A DNA stretch of 63,392 nucleotides from Octopus bimaculoides (Eukaryota), in the NCBI RefSeq assembly GCF_001194135.2, contig NC_068992.1, positions 23,180,315 to 23,243,706 on the forward strand. Direction: 5' to 3'. Shown one piece after another: positions 38,601 to 51,451 of the stretch. Both the position numbers and the translations under genes were made by a program. The notes beneath the pieces are model-generated. The model did no database searches. It was not told the origin of the DNA and worked only from the letters and a program-made list of their open reading frames with translations. Position 1 is the stretch's first letter. Every line of letters begins with the position of its first letter.

Positions 38601-39221
38601 CACACGTATAAAGTTTTTTATGGACGTATGCACACCTGTTTATGTAGCTATATACGTATGTATGTTTTTATAAATGTCACTCATTTAATACTATTAAACT
38701 TATTCGGTTGTGTTTTCGAGGAATTCTGCGAGTACATAAAATTTCTGTCGTAAAAAATTTGCTGGAAGCAAATTGGTGTGTATTCATGATAAATTTATTT
38801 ACACAGACATCAGCCAAATTTCTTTACCTTGTTATCTTACTTCGATTTTTATACATTATATACTTTCAATATATATACTGACTCTGAAAGAAATGCACGC
38901 GCACACACACATATTCATACCTGTACACTTATATATATATATATATATACATATATNNNNNNNNNNNNNNNNNNNNNNNNNNNNNNNNNNNNNNNNNNNN
39001 NNNNNNNNNNNNNNNNNNNNNNNNNNNNNNNNNNNNNNNNNNNNNATATATATATATATATATAATATACCTGTAGCTTGTCATTCTTTCTCCACTGCTA
39101 ATCTTACGGTCACTAATAACATACTGTATTCTAAAAAACCTTAGATGCATTTGAGCTGCAATTCTGAAGAAGTGCCATTCTAACGACTAACAATTTCGTA
39201 GTCTTCTTATTTTGGGCATTA

Positions 39222-39252
<31 letters not shown>

Positions 39253-39369
39253 GTGTGTGTGTGTGTGTGCGTGTGTATGTATATATATAATATAATATAA
39301 ATACTATATATATATGCATATACGCATACGTATATGTACATACATTTATACTTATATATGCATATGTAG

Positions 39370-40311
39370 GGAGAGAACGTCACGAAAAGTGTGCAATTAA
39401 AAACACGAAGTACGCGTACATGGAACATGAATTATTCTTTCGAACATCGAAAAACGCAAATGAAAAACAAAACAAACTACATAAAGAACGATCCTTTATC
39501 AGTTGGATGTTTTTCTAGTCTCGGATTTCGAGCATTCAACAACAATATACACTTTCGATAAAACAGTTTATCGAAAGCAAATTAATTAAAATTTGGGATT
39601 TTGCAGAGGGTCAAAAATTGGGGATTTTGAGGAGGGTGGAAACACAAACAGGACTGTGAAAACAAACAGATAGGGCTGCTAAGCCTAAACGAGGTTGTGG
39701 TTGGGAACGCGTAAATGAAGCTTGGTCAGGAGACAAACAAGAGCACGTCTTGCTTGTTCCAGCTACAACGTAGAGAAAGAAACACAAGTTAAGAGAAGAA
39801 AGATGGCCGATGGTCACGTTGGAGCCATGTGAGCAAGGAGGTGGAGTGAGGGAGAGCGATTGACAGAGTAATAGGATAGAATAGACGGAGAAAAGGAGGT
39901 AAAAGTACAAGAGGGAGAAAGAGAAAAAATGAAACATTGAACGCCATGGATCCTCGTCCATGTAAGTTTTATCTTGATAATTCTGATCCACACTCTATAT
40001 GTACGGTCTTTTTACTCAATCGTTTTTCTCTCTTATTGTTTTGCCTCCTCTTCTCCCACTATCCTATCCTATTACTCTGTCACTCTCTCTGCCTCACTAC
40101 TCCTCCTTTGCTCACGTGGCTCCCAAATGACCATCGGCCATGTTTCTTTCTTCTCCTAACTTGTGTTCCTTTCTTTCTCTCCGTTGTAGCTGGAACAAGG
40201 AAGTCGTGTTTTTGTTTGTCTTCGATCCAAGCTTACTTTACACGTTCGCCACCACAACCTCGTTTAGGCTTACCAGCCCTTCCAGTTTGCGTTCACTGTC
40301 CTGTTTGTGTT
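39370..40311. repeat. Foldback of repeat family D: minus-strand long arm plus plus-strand partial arm
   Basis: 39640-39931 and 40021-40311 are reverse complements (e.g. CCTAAACGAGGTTGTGG / CCACAACCTCGTTTAGG; TTGTTCCAGCTACAACG / CGTTGTAGCTGGAACAA) with an ~89 bp spacer. Confidence 0.85.
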
Positions 40312-40334
40312 ACCACACACACACACACACACAC

Positions 40335-40377
<43 letters not shown>

Positions 40378-41177
40378 NNNNNNNNNNNNNNNNNNNNNNN
40401 NNNNNNNNNNNNNNNNNNNNNNNNNNNNNNNNNNNNNNNNNNNNNNNNNNNNNNNNNNNNNNNNNNNNNNNNNNNNNNNNNNNNNNNNNNNNNNNNNNNN
40501 NNNNNNNNNNNNNNNNNNNNNNNNNNNNNNNNNNNNNNNNNNNNNNNNNNNNNNNNNNNNNNNNNNNNNNNNNNNNNNNNNNNNNNNNNNNNNNNNNNNN
40601 NNNNNNNNNNNNNNNNNNNNNNNNNNNNNNNNNNNNNNNNNNNNNNNNNNNNNNNNNNNNNNNNNNNNNNNNNNNNNNNNNNNNNNNNNNNNNNNNNNNN
40701 NNNNNNNNNNNNNNNNNNNNNNNNNNNNNNNNNNNNNNNNNNNNNNNNNNNNNNNNNNNNNNNNNNNNNNNNNNNNNNNNNNNNNNNNNNNNNNNNNNNN
40801 NNNNNNNNNNNNNNNNNNNNNNNNNNNNNNNNNNNNNNNNNNNNNNNNNNNNNNNNNNNNNNNNNNNNNNNNNNNNNNNNNNNNNNNNNNNNNNNNNNNN
40901 NNNNNNNNNNNNNNNNNNNNNNNNNNNNNNNNNNNNNNNNNNNNNNNNNNNNNNNNNNNNNNNNNNNNNNNNNNNNNNNNNNNNNNNNNNNNNNNNNNNN
41001 NNNNNNNNNNNNNNNNNNNNNNNNNNNNNNNNNNNNNNNNNNNNNNNNNNNNNNNNNNNNNNNNNNNNNNNNNNNNNNNNNNNNNNNNNNNNNNNNNNNN
41101 NNNNNNNNNNNNNNNNNNNNNNNNNNNNNNNNNNNNNNNNNNNNNNNNNNNNNNNNNNNNNNNNNNNNNNNNNNNNN

Positions 41178-41252
<75 letters not shown>

Positions 41253-41399
41253 AATCTATCTATCTCTATCTGTCTCTCTCTCTTTGTGAGACCTCAGTAG
41301 GTAGTAGCAGATTTGAAGAAATAGTATTTATGGGTGCAGATAAATGTTTGGTTATGAAGTTTGATGGTTTAAGAAGCAGCAGACAAGGAAGGAGACGGC

Positions 41400-41486
41400 G
41401 AAGAAGAAGAAGAAGAAGAAGAAGAAGAAGAAGAAGAAGAAGAAGAAGAAGAAGAAGAAGAAGAAGAAGAAGAAGAAGAAGAAGAA
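41400..41486. repeat. (GAA)n microsatellite
   Basis: Direct reading. It gives the poly-R, poly-L and poly-S ORFs. Confidence 0.95.
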
Positions 41487-41774
41487 CAGCAACAAAGAAA
41501 AGAAAAAGACGGCAGTGGTATGACCCAATAGTAGAGCTTATACCACTCCCGTCTGATAACACACAAGGTCCTACGGTGTTATGCGGAGCTCGTTCTTCTC
41601 ACTTTCGATGCGACCGTATTAAACATTTGCTTTTACATCCATGTAGAGGAGAATCAAACCTCCATGCGACTAACGACTAGAAAATTGAGTAACTTTTAAT
41701 ACATTATCAAACCACAAAATTCAAAGTCTTAAAGAAACTTTGTATTTGTTAATATCATGTAATTGGCCAAAATT

Positions 41775-42202
41775 AAACAGACGTGGTTGTGTGGTAAGAT
41801 GCTTGCTTCGTAACCACATGGTTCTGAGTTCAGTCCCACTGCGTAGTACTTTAGGAAGTGTCTTCTACTATAGCATCGGGCCGACCAAAGCCTTGTGAGT
41901 GGATATGGTAGATGGAAACTGAAAGCACGACGTATATATATATGTATATATACGTCGAGAGACAGATACCTGTGTATGTGTGTATGTGTCTTTTTGTCTG
42001 TTTTTGTAGCACCAGCACCGCTTGAGAACCGGTGTTGTTGTTTTTGCGTCCCCGTAACATAGCTGCTCGGCAAAAGGGACAGATAGGATAAGTACCAGTT
42101 AAAAAACGTCTTGAGTCTATGATTTCTCCGATCCCAACCCTTCAAGCCAGTGACCCAGCACGGCCGTAGTCAAAATGACTGAAACAAGTAAAAGATAAGA
42201 TA
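41775..42202 (+). mobile_element. SINE family A, full length, diverged 3' module
   Basis: GTGGTTGTGTGGTAAG...GAGTTCAGTCCCACTGCG...GGGCCGACCAAAGCCTTGTGAGTGG...GACTGAAACAAGTAAAAGATAAG. Confidence 0.85.
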
Positions 42203-42203
42203 T

Positions 42204-42267
42204 ATATACGTGCGTATACGTGTGGCTGCAGATACATATACGTGCGTATACGTGTGGCTGCAGATAT
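42204..42267. repeat. 32-bp tandem duplication
   Basis: ATATACGTGCGTATACGTGTGGCTGCAGATA(C/T) occurs twice. Confidence 0.9.
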
Positions 42268-42937
42268 GTATATAATTATACCTTATGTATGTATATCACT
42301 GAAAATGGAACCCACCACAAAATGCTAATTTAGTTCGTTTACTAACAAAGATATGCTGTGCAGAATACGACACTATTTTTTAATAAATATTTCGTGGATT
42401 CCTATTCCTTTTCATAGATTACGTAATTTAATTATTCAAGCAAAAGTATGGCTTTCCATATTAGGATGTTTATACCTGTGTAAAAAATGGATACGTAAAT
42501 GCTTCTACATATATATTTACATTCATTTCTTTATTGAAAATTATCTGATGTCTAAGGAACACGATTATTGTAACAGTAGAAATAATAGAAAATTATGGTA
42601 GTAATGTTATGCTAAAATAGTTATTATAATAAAGATAGAAAAATAACAACAACATTATAGCTAATAATAATATTGACGCCGAAAACAACAGTAATAACAA
42701 CTATACTACTACTTATATTTCCTTTCATCTCGAATCCTAAACAATATATATATAAAAATAATAAATACTTTAGGAAGTATGCGTAAATTTATTTGCAGCT
42801 TATTATTTTCATACTGAGAATGGGAAATTGATTTGAAGTATACAATATTATATATTACTTTTTTTTTTAAATATAAAACTAGAAATAGAAAACGAGTATA
42901 GAGAAATCTGTAGCTGCCTTTTTACCGACTGATGTCT

Positions 42938-42978
<41 letters not shown>

Positions 42979-45595
42979 NNNNNNNNNNNNNNNNNNNNNN
43001 NNNNNNNNNNNNNNNNNNNNNNNNNNNNNNNNNNNNNNNNNNNNNNNNNNNNNNNNNNNNNNNNNNNNNNNNNNNNNNNNNNNNNNNNNNNNNNNNNNNN
43101 NNNNNNNNNNNNNNNNNNNNNNNNNNNNNNNNNNNNNNNNNNNNNNNNNNNNNNNNNNNNNNNNNNNNNNNNNNNNNNNNNNNNNNNNNNNNNNNNNNNN
43201 NNNNNNNNNNNNNNNNNNNNNNNNNNNNNNNNNNNNNNNNNNNNNNNNNNNNNNNNNNNNNNNNNNNNNNNNNNNNNNNNNNNNNNNNNNNNNNNNNNNN
43301 NNNNNNNNNNNNNNNNNNNNNNNNNNNNNTATATATACATAATGGGGATTTTAATGCAATTATTTTTTTTTAATGTTAGGTGGTTGCGTTTGTATTACAA
43401 GTTTTGCTGGTACTTTACCTAATTATATTCGATCGATTTTACTCTTTCGAACAAATATTTTCATGTGTGTTGTGTGATTTAGTTTAGATTTAATGCAGAG
43501 AAAATTTATAGAGCAATGGAACAGACGGGTGAAAAAAAATGCAACGTAAAACCGTTTTAGATAATGACACTATCGACGTCTATATAAGGTATTAGAAACT
43601 AATAAAAGTTATATATTGTATATAACATACTTGGAAGATATATATTGCTTTTCTGATAACTAATTTTCTGTTTACATATGGAGAACATTTAAGACAGAAT
43701 AACACCTTATTTAACGTTAAATATTTCTTATTTAGCGTTAGAAGTTAACTAAGTTTAGCCTATTCGTCATATATCCGTTACATAATTTCATTTAAACAGT
43801 ACTCTTCTATCTCCATCGATATGTTAGTTGTTGAAATATTAATTTTTGTTGTGTGTCTATATGGGTACACAAATATGAGCCTAGTTTGTTATTGTTGAAT
43901 TGTTGTACTGAAACACTATGCCAAGGAATTCTAACCCTCCAGATACTGCCTCTTTTATCGTTTTCGTTTGAGTACTACAACTGTTTGACCGATGGTATTG
44001 GGTGATACTTCATCTGATTGAGACAGCCTTCTCCGCATCTATACGTATATCATATTGAATCATTCATGTTCATACAAAAAACCTTGCTATGGCTATATGG
44101 CTATACGAATTGAAAGGAATAAATCAACCTCCCCCCCCTTTCAACAAACAACAATACCTCGGGCACGTCTGCTTCACACATGCTAATTATGCAACGTCAA
44201 AACTGGTGTAAAACTTAAAGGAGTTCGCCCACTCCAGCAATGTTAAATGTTTAGCTAACACGTGTTTCTTAAGACTACTATTCGTTGTTCAAGTAATGAA
44301 AGTATTACAAGGACATTGATAATTTTTAATTACTTAATCTTAGCAAACTCTGATAGTAGTGACGTCTGGGTTGAATATTGATCGCATCATCTTCTGATAT
44401 CACACTTCTCAGTCTTTTAACCCTTGCAAGTATTTCTTTACAATCCCATTGGCTTTAATTTTGTACTCCACAATTTCTTCTAAGAGCTGTATTTCCCAGT
44501 GTGTAGCGTATATTCATCGCATCTATAATGGCCTTTGAGAGACGGTGTTAGTACCCTATTTATAATTTTCATGTGCTTTCTAAACCTTTCAGTTCGAATA
44601 GCGAGACATCTTGAAATTAAGATACTTATATTATTTTAAGAAAAAGATTTTAATATTTGCCTACAATGTGATACATGTTAGCATTCTTTTCTATTGTACC
44701 ATCTCATTTATTTGTTTGGAATACTTTTTTGTTTGTAATTGTTTCATTTATTGTCTGTATTTATTTTAATTCATTCTGACTCGCGTTAAGTTGTTTTCTT
44801 CCCATTGTAGATTTGACATAAATGTCTAAACCTCGTTCTCATTGTTATAACCTACTGTTACAACAGCAACACCACCAGCAACAATATAAGCATTAACATC
44901 ATGCAGCACAATAACAAAACCCCGCTCCTTAAAGCCACGACGATATAAATAAAAGCATCACTAACATCAGCAAACTAATCACCAAACCACAAATCATATG
45001 CTTCCTCTTCAGATCGTTCATGTATTTCTCGCAATGACAGCGATGAAGATGAAAATTGGAAAAGTGTTACCGTAGGAATGGATGGGAAGTGGAAAGATGT
45101 CAAAAACTAATATACTATTGTAAACATCATGCGGATTCCAACTGATGGGACTTGATGGAAATCTAATATTAACACGAACACCACCTGCAATAACGCCAAC
45201 ACAAACAATACCAATGCTGAAAACTCTATAAGCACAATGTAATCTCAATCGAAAATACAACAAATCAAAACCATCGGGAAATCCAACGAAGAGACATAAT
45301 GCCCAGCATAGATACAATGAAGATTTTATGTACATTATACATAAAGGGGCAATCGTTTCACTAAATGAATGCATCACATCTAACAAATAATATAGGAACT
45401 CGCATTTACAGTTCTTAACAACGACACGAGAAATTTCTAACAGGATAAAAACAATATATCTCACCGGGGTGGCAGATTTTCGAAGGACATTTATTAAAAG
45501 AGTAAAAGGTCGGAGGGATAAACAATAATGCGCGGGAAGGAGGGATAACCAATTTTTGTATCGGAATATTTTGAAATAACCCGTCTCAATATACC

Positions 45596-45817
45596 TCACA
45601 TGGTACTGGGTTCAATCCCATTGTGTGACATCTTGAGAAGTTTAGTGGTTTCTAATGTAGTCTCGGGCCGACCAATGCCTTGTGAATGGATTTGATAAAA
45701 TAAGTATCAGGGTTAAAAAAATAAGTACTAGAGTCGTTTCTTTCGACTAAAGTTCTTCAAAGTGGAGCCCCAGCATGGCCGGAGTGTAATGATTGAAACA
45801 AGGAAAAGATAAATGAT
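45596..45817 (+). mobile_element. SINE family A, internally deleted and degenerate
   Basis: CACATGGTACTGGGTTCAATCCC...CGGGCCGACCAATGCCTTGTGAATGGATTTG is joined directly to ATAAAATAAGTATCAG...CCAGCATGGCC...GAAACAAGGAAAAG; the microsatellite block is missing. Confidence 0.75.
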
Positions 45818-45850
45818 ACCCACCCCTTTCTTCCAGCACGACATTACTTA

Positions 45851-46258
45851 GGCGTAGGAGTGGCTGTGTGGTAAGTAGCTTGCTTACCAACCACATGGTC
45901 CCGGGTTCAGTCCCACTGCGTGGCATCTTGGGCAAGTGCCTTCTACTATAGCCTCGGGCCGACCAAGGCCTTGTGAGTGGATTTGGTAGACGGAAACTGA
46001 AAGAAGCCCGTCGTATATATGTATATATATATGTATGTGTGTATGTGTTTGTGTGTCTGTGTTTGTCCCCCCAACATCGCTTGACAACCGATGCTGGTGT
46101 GTTTATGTCCCCGTAACTTTGCGGTTCGGCAAAAGAGACCGATAGAATAAGTACTAGGTTTCTAAAGAATAAGTCATGGGGTCGATTTGCTCGACTACAG
46201 GCGGTGCTCCAGCATGGCCACAATCAAAAGACTGAAACAAGTAAAAGAGTAAAGAGAG
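45851..46258 (+). mobile_element. SINE family A, full length (best-preserved copy)
   Basis: GGCGTAGGAGTGGCTGTGTGGTAAG (A box), CCGGGTTCAGTCCC (B box), CTTGGGCAAGTG central block, internal (TA)/(TG) repeat, 3' module and GTAAAAGAGTAAAGAG tail. Confidence 0.95.
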
Positions 46259-46441
46259 GAAATGCTTAACGGTATTTCGCCCGTGGCTACGTTGTAAGTT
46301 CAAATCCTGCCGAGGTACACTTTGCCATTCATCCTTTCCGAGTCGACGATAAATTAAGTACCACTGAAGCACTGGGATCGATATCATCGACTTTTACCTT
46401 CCACCAACATTGCATGGCCTTGTGCCTTCAGTAGAGGGGAT
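46259..46441 (+). mobile_element. SINE family B, 5'-truncated, abutting SINE A
   Basis: GAAATGCTTAACGGTATTTCG...AAGTTCAAATCCTGCCGAGG...TTCATCCTTTCCGAGTCGACGATAAATTAAGTACC...GGCCTTGTGCC. Confidence 0.85.
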
Positions 46442-46721
46442 TCTTCTTCTTATTATTATTATTATTGTTCGTCGATTATCCCTATAGGTAATCCTGTATC
46501 ATGAGGGCTACATCTTTATCATGCACCACCAATTTTTAGATCTTTGTATACCATGTATATGCCCCCTCCATTTCGTTCTATACCGTGTATACTTACCTTT
46601 AAAACAAATTTATAATTCGTTTATAATTTCATTATATATAAACACCCACACCTTGTCTCTGTCCTTGTAATGTTCTCCTCATCTTTTGCACTGATGGCAA
46701 ATAAATGAAAACATTATTATC

Positions 46722-46751
46722 ATTATTATTATCATTATTATTGTTATTACT

Positions 46752-46810
<59 letters not shown>
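46722..46810. repeat. (TTA)n microsatellite
   Basis: Direct reading. Confidence 0.9.
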
Positions 46811-46811
<1 letters not shown>

Positions 46812-47320
46812 ATCACCATCATTCTCTTTCTTAATTACACGAGAGGAATAATAGCGTGTATGCATACGTTACGAGAGAGTTAATTATTTTCCAGGAACAA
46901 ATGTTTACAATCCATTACTACATAATAATTGTTCTCAAGTAATACATGGCATTAGAAAGAAAAGGATTTCTGCTGTCTGTTTGATTTAGGAGGACTTAAA
47001 TATTGAAGTGAGAGAGTGAAAAAGAATGGGAGTAATGGAAATTCGATTGCCAGGTTCAGTGTGATGTTTATGGGGTGCAGCTGGATTAGAAGCGTTCATT
47101 TGTGCTGTTTATAATAGTAAGAAGAAAATTTGATTTATTCATTGTCCTTTTTCTTTTGAAGTTTTTATCGGTTTCGGCTATACTGCTTCATTTCAGTTTG
47201 CTTTGTCCTTTCATGGTGTCCGCATAGTAACATAATATTATATTTGAAGGAACTTATACTATTTCCCACGAGGTATGTGTATACATAAATACATATATAT
47301 ACATATACATATTTATATAC

Positions 47321-47422
<102 letters not shown>

Positions 47423-48205
47423 ATTTTGCAAGCGTGTATGTATGTGTAGTTTATGTTTGCGTGTGCTCAGATATATGTTATAAAAAGAAAATATAAAGAA
47501 AATGTTTGAAAGAACATTTGGTATGTTGTATAATAAAAAGAAGCGACAACGAAATTTGGGTTCCCTTTACATATTCATGATGTCAAAAACTTTGACCTCT
47601 GTCACGATGTGTCCCTCACTATCAAGTAAAACTGAAGCAAGTTAATTTTTTATGAAAAGAAATTTGTTCTATATTGACTTGTTTTTCCTGTTTCAGATTA
47701 TATATTTTCTTGACGAAATACAATCACTATAGCAAAAATGATTCTTTCGCTTGGCGTATAATATGCAAAATAAACACATTATATCCACATTGCACCCTAC
47801 TGCCTTGAAAAAAGGAAACATTGATTCTCGCAGTTCAAAGTAAATTGTTTGAGCATTAAGTGATAGAAGAACATCAGATTATGGGGTTATGGAAATTGAC
47901 ACGCTTTGAGAGCGATGTACCTATGATTAAATAACAATTACGAATCTGAGACAAAGGATATTCGCTGTTGTGCTTAGCGTCGTCAATGGCTGCATTTGAT
48001 ATCGGCATTTGTATGCAATAAAGAATTAACTGGGCTTTTACAAACATTTTTTAGTGGATATAGTAAAGCTTTCAAACTTTAAAAAGAAAAATGCTTTCAT
48101 TCCGATGTTGAGTACTTGGTGATTATCAAACATCCTGGCACACACACACACGTACCTCTAGGTGCATATACAAGTACACATACTTACATATATATATGAA
48201 TGCAT

Positions 48206-48250
<45 letters not shown>

Positions 48251-48252
<2 letters not shown>

Positions 48253-48632
48253 CGCAGGAGTGGCTGTGTGGTAAGTAGCTTCCTTATCAACCACATAGCT
48301 CCACTGCATGGCACCTTGGGCAAGTGTCTTCTACTCGGGCCGACCAAAGCCTTGTGAGTGGATATGGTAGACAGAAACTGAAAGAAGCCCGTCGTGTATA
48401 TGTATGTATATGTATGTGTGTATATGTTTGTATATATTTGTATGTCTGTGTTTGTCCCCCCAACATCGCTTGACAACCGATGCTGGTGTGTTTACGTCCC
48501 CGTAAACTAGCGGTCCGGCAAAAGAGACCGATGGAGTAAGTACTAGGCATCCAATGAATAAGTCCATGGGGCGATTTGCTCGACTAAAGGCGGTGCTCCA
48601 GCATGGCCACAGTCAAATGACTGAAACAAGTA
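48251..48632 (+). mobile_element. SINE family A, full length with two small deletions (one removes the B box)
   Basis: GCGCAGGAGTGGCTGTGTGGTAAGTAGC...CCACATAGCTCCACTGCATGG (B box absent)...GACTGAAACAAGTAA. Flanked by (TA)n on both sides. Confidence 0.9.
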
Positions 48633-49221
48633 ATATATATATATATATATATATACATATGTACACACACATATCCAGCTGGTTTATAAAAAATCACATA
48701 TACATATATATATATGCATGTATGTTTGTGTGTGTGTGTGTGTGTATAATCCAAACGCCTTATCTTTCTTTCGTTTGATATGCACGTGCGTATTATCTTT
48801 TACTACGAATGTCTGAATGTCGAATGTGAAGACGCTAGTTAAATTATGAATTACATATCGGATAGAATGTAAATGATACAACAGAATTTCCACACAAAAC
48901 AAGTAAAAAAAAATAACATTAAAAATTCAGTTAAAGAATATATAAGTTAACTTTAGAGAGTAATACCCATTTTTTGTCCACTGATATATCATATTACGAT
49001 TAAATTCCAAATCAGGTGTATTAAAAATTATAATCTATGGAATGATCAATTGATATGCATGTTTCTTGAAATATCAGCTAGAAATTAATCCTCACTATCT
49101 TAAATCTATATTTATCGATAGAAATCCGCAGCCCCATCCTTTCATTAGCGTCTTGCCTCAATTCCATTGTAAACACTTCCCGCCAAACTTGCAATAGGCA
49201 ATGATCCTAATGAAAGTATTC

Positions 49222-49275
49222 GTTTCTACTCTAGGCACAAGTGCCGACATTTTAGGGGAGGGGGACAGTCGATTA
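49222..49275 (-). mobile_element. SINE family B, 3' fragment
   Basis: TTTCTACTCTAGGCACAAGTGCCGACATTTTAGGGGAGGGGGACAGTCGATTA matches the family B 3' end at 11960-12010. Confidence 0.7.
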
Positions 49276-51075
49276 TATATATACATATAATAATAATTAA
49301 TATTTATGTATACGTACATATGTAGACAAAATGCTTGCATGTCATGTGTGTGTGTTTATATTGAGAAAATGATGTTCATGTATATTGGTGAGTCTCTAGG
49401 TATTTAGGTGAGTATAAACATATATATGTTATGTGCAGCATGAGGTTTTATGTGTTTGCACGACTGCAAGCATATATATGCTAAATTGCGTATTGATTAC
49501 AGGGGCACCTCTGCATCAGTGGTTTATGAATGAGTAAATAAATAAGTAGTTTTCTCTGTCTAATATGGTCGTCACTTTTAATATTCTTTCTCGATATTTG
49601 CGTGTTATTGTATGTATGCATAGAAATATTATGCTGTTTTTGTGGTGCTATAAGCAAACAAGGATCTTCAATTATTTTTGTTATTTTCTTCATTCCTATT
49701 ATTCTTCACCGTTGTTTGCAGCACCTTCCTAATTACTAATTTACCAATTTATTTGTTTCGTTCTCCATCAATTTCTTTCACACATTTCTATGAAATTACA
49801 GTTGCACATTTCCAACAATCCTTCGAAGGATGACTCGATCCAAACGTATTTTATTTACATGCTATGACATTTTCAAAACGTATTTTGTTCTAGCAATATT
49901 CTACGGGTTCCCTTAAAGGCTAGTTATATTTTTCTGTCAAGACCTGAAATACATTAATAGTTTAGGAGCAATATATCTTCCTATAGGTGTATAATCGTTA
50001 TGCATATATCCATTTCTTATTAAGCCGATGTACCAGATCGGTATTTTTATTAGCAATTCGTTTCAGTTGTAATACGGAATATATCCGCAAACGGTTTTTG
50101 TATTCTTGCATGACATAATTATTAAGTTACGGAAAGTACTGGACAACTTCTAGCTGACTACTTAACAATTAAATTCTTCCGGATGACTGATATACATAGA
50201 CCGCATGAAAGCACATTTCAATACCGACGGAACGCGGCAGAGTAATGTTAATGAGCACCTTCCCATTTTTATAGTTGAGAAACATAATAAGCAAGGTTAT
50301 ACCTTGAAATTTTTTGAAAAGTTTCGTGAGTGATTATGTTATTTTAATCAGTTCACCAAATCTAAGAAATAATGTGAAGTATGTGCAATAAATGGGCATT
50401 CTAAGCATGTGTATCAGATTAAACATTAATCTATCAATAACTCAGCGAAGGATACATTCATATATCTTTCACGAGTTAAGATGTATTTAAAATTTACTTC
50501 CTATTTACGTATATATCATTCAACTACGGAAGTACTTGAATAATATTCTCATCATTGAAATACAGTAGCGGTTCAATAATATTCTTAAGGCCGTAATTTA
50601 CTCACACGCTGCATCGTCAGAGCTTTGTCGCTAATTCAGTTCTTAACCAAATGGAAAAGTGTTAACAGTTTTGAAGAAGTCTGGTCCCTTGCTACATTTT
50701 GGCATAAGACATTTGTGATTTGGTCCAGCAGAAAAAATGTTTACATCAAACTTTGTAACAACGTTATAGGAGAGTAAGGAACGCCTCCAATGAAGTTTAG
50801 ATCTAAATAACTTTTTTTTTTCAATTTTAAAAGAAAAACATATTTATCGTAGCTTCAATGATAGAAGAAATCTTGAAGAATTTCATAGTTTTGGTCCCAT
50901 GCAACAAAAATTTGTATCAGAAAAGTGGTTAGGTAAAATATCATGAAAAACTTTAGGCAAACAATTGAATTTAAGTTTAATTAACTTTTTTAATTTAAAA
51001 ACAAACTATATTTTAATTAAGCTGAAATGATAGAGCGCAGTTCGAGGAATTTCATGGTATCATTCTCAAAGAATG

Positions 51076-51451
51076 AAGTTTGAAAAGAAAAAATGTTATG
51101 AGTGCTTGTTTCTCAAATTTTAGGGTGATAATATAGTTCTATATTTGTTTATGTATTTAGTTCTATAAGGGGACTTTTAATATATGTCACTGGCATCATT
51201 GAGGTAAGGGAAAATTTATCAACGTCACCGCTAATTCACAATTAGTTTAATTACATCATCTGTATTAATTATTGTAATTATATCATGTAAACAGAGTTTC
51301 GTAATATATGAGTCGAGAAAGTTTAAAAAGAAAAAAGTTATGAGTGATTGTTTCTCAAATTTGAGGGTGATAATATATTTCTATACATTTTTTTATGAAT
51401 ATAGTTCTATGAGGAGACTTTTAATATATGTTGCCGGCATCATTAAGGTAA
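51076..51451. repeat. ~132-bp direct repeat, two copies
   Basis: 51076-51207 and 51319-51451 share AAGTTT.AAAAGAAAAA.GTTATGAGTG.TTGTTTCTCAAATTT.AGGGTGATAATATA...GACTTTTAATATATGT...GGCATCATT.AGGTAA. Confidence 0.85.

Noticed and set aside
41330-41680. Poly-Arg ORF (and the poly-Leu and poly-Ser antisense ORFs)
   Set aside because: It is a (GAA)n microsatellite.
45018-45599. 193-aa hydrophobic minus-strand ORF as a membrane protein gene
   Set aside because: Its composition is what is expected antisense to an A-rich strand. It starts within a SINE edge and has no recognisable domain.
45851-45925. SINE heads as true tRNA genes
   Set aside because: They have A and B boxes but no complete cloverleaf, and they continue into the SINE body in every copy.
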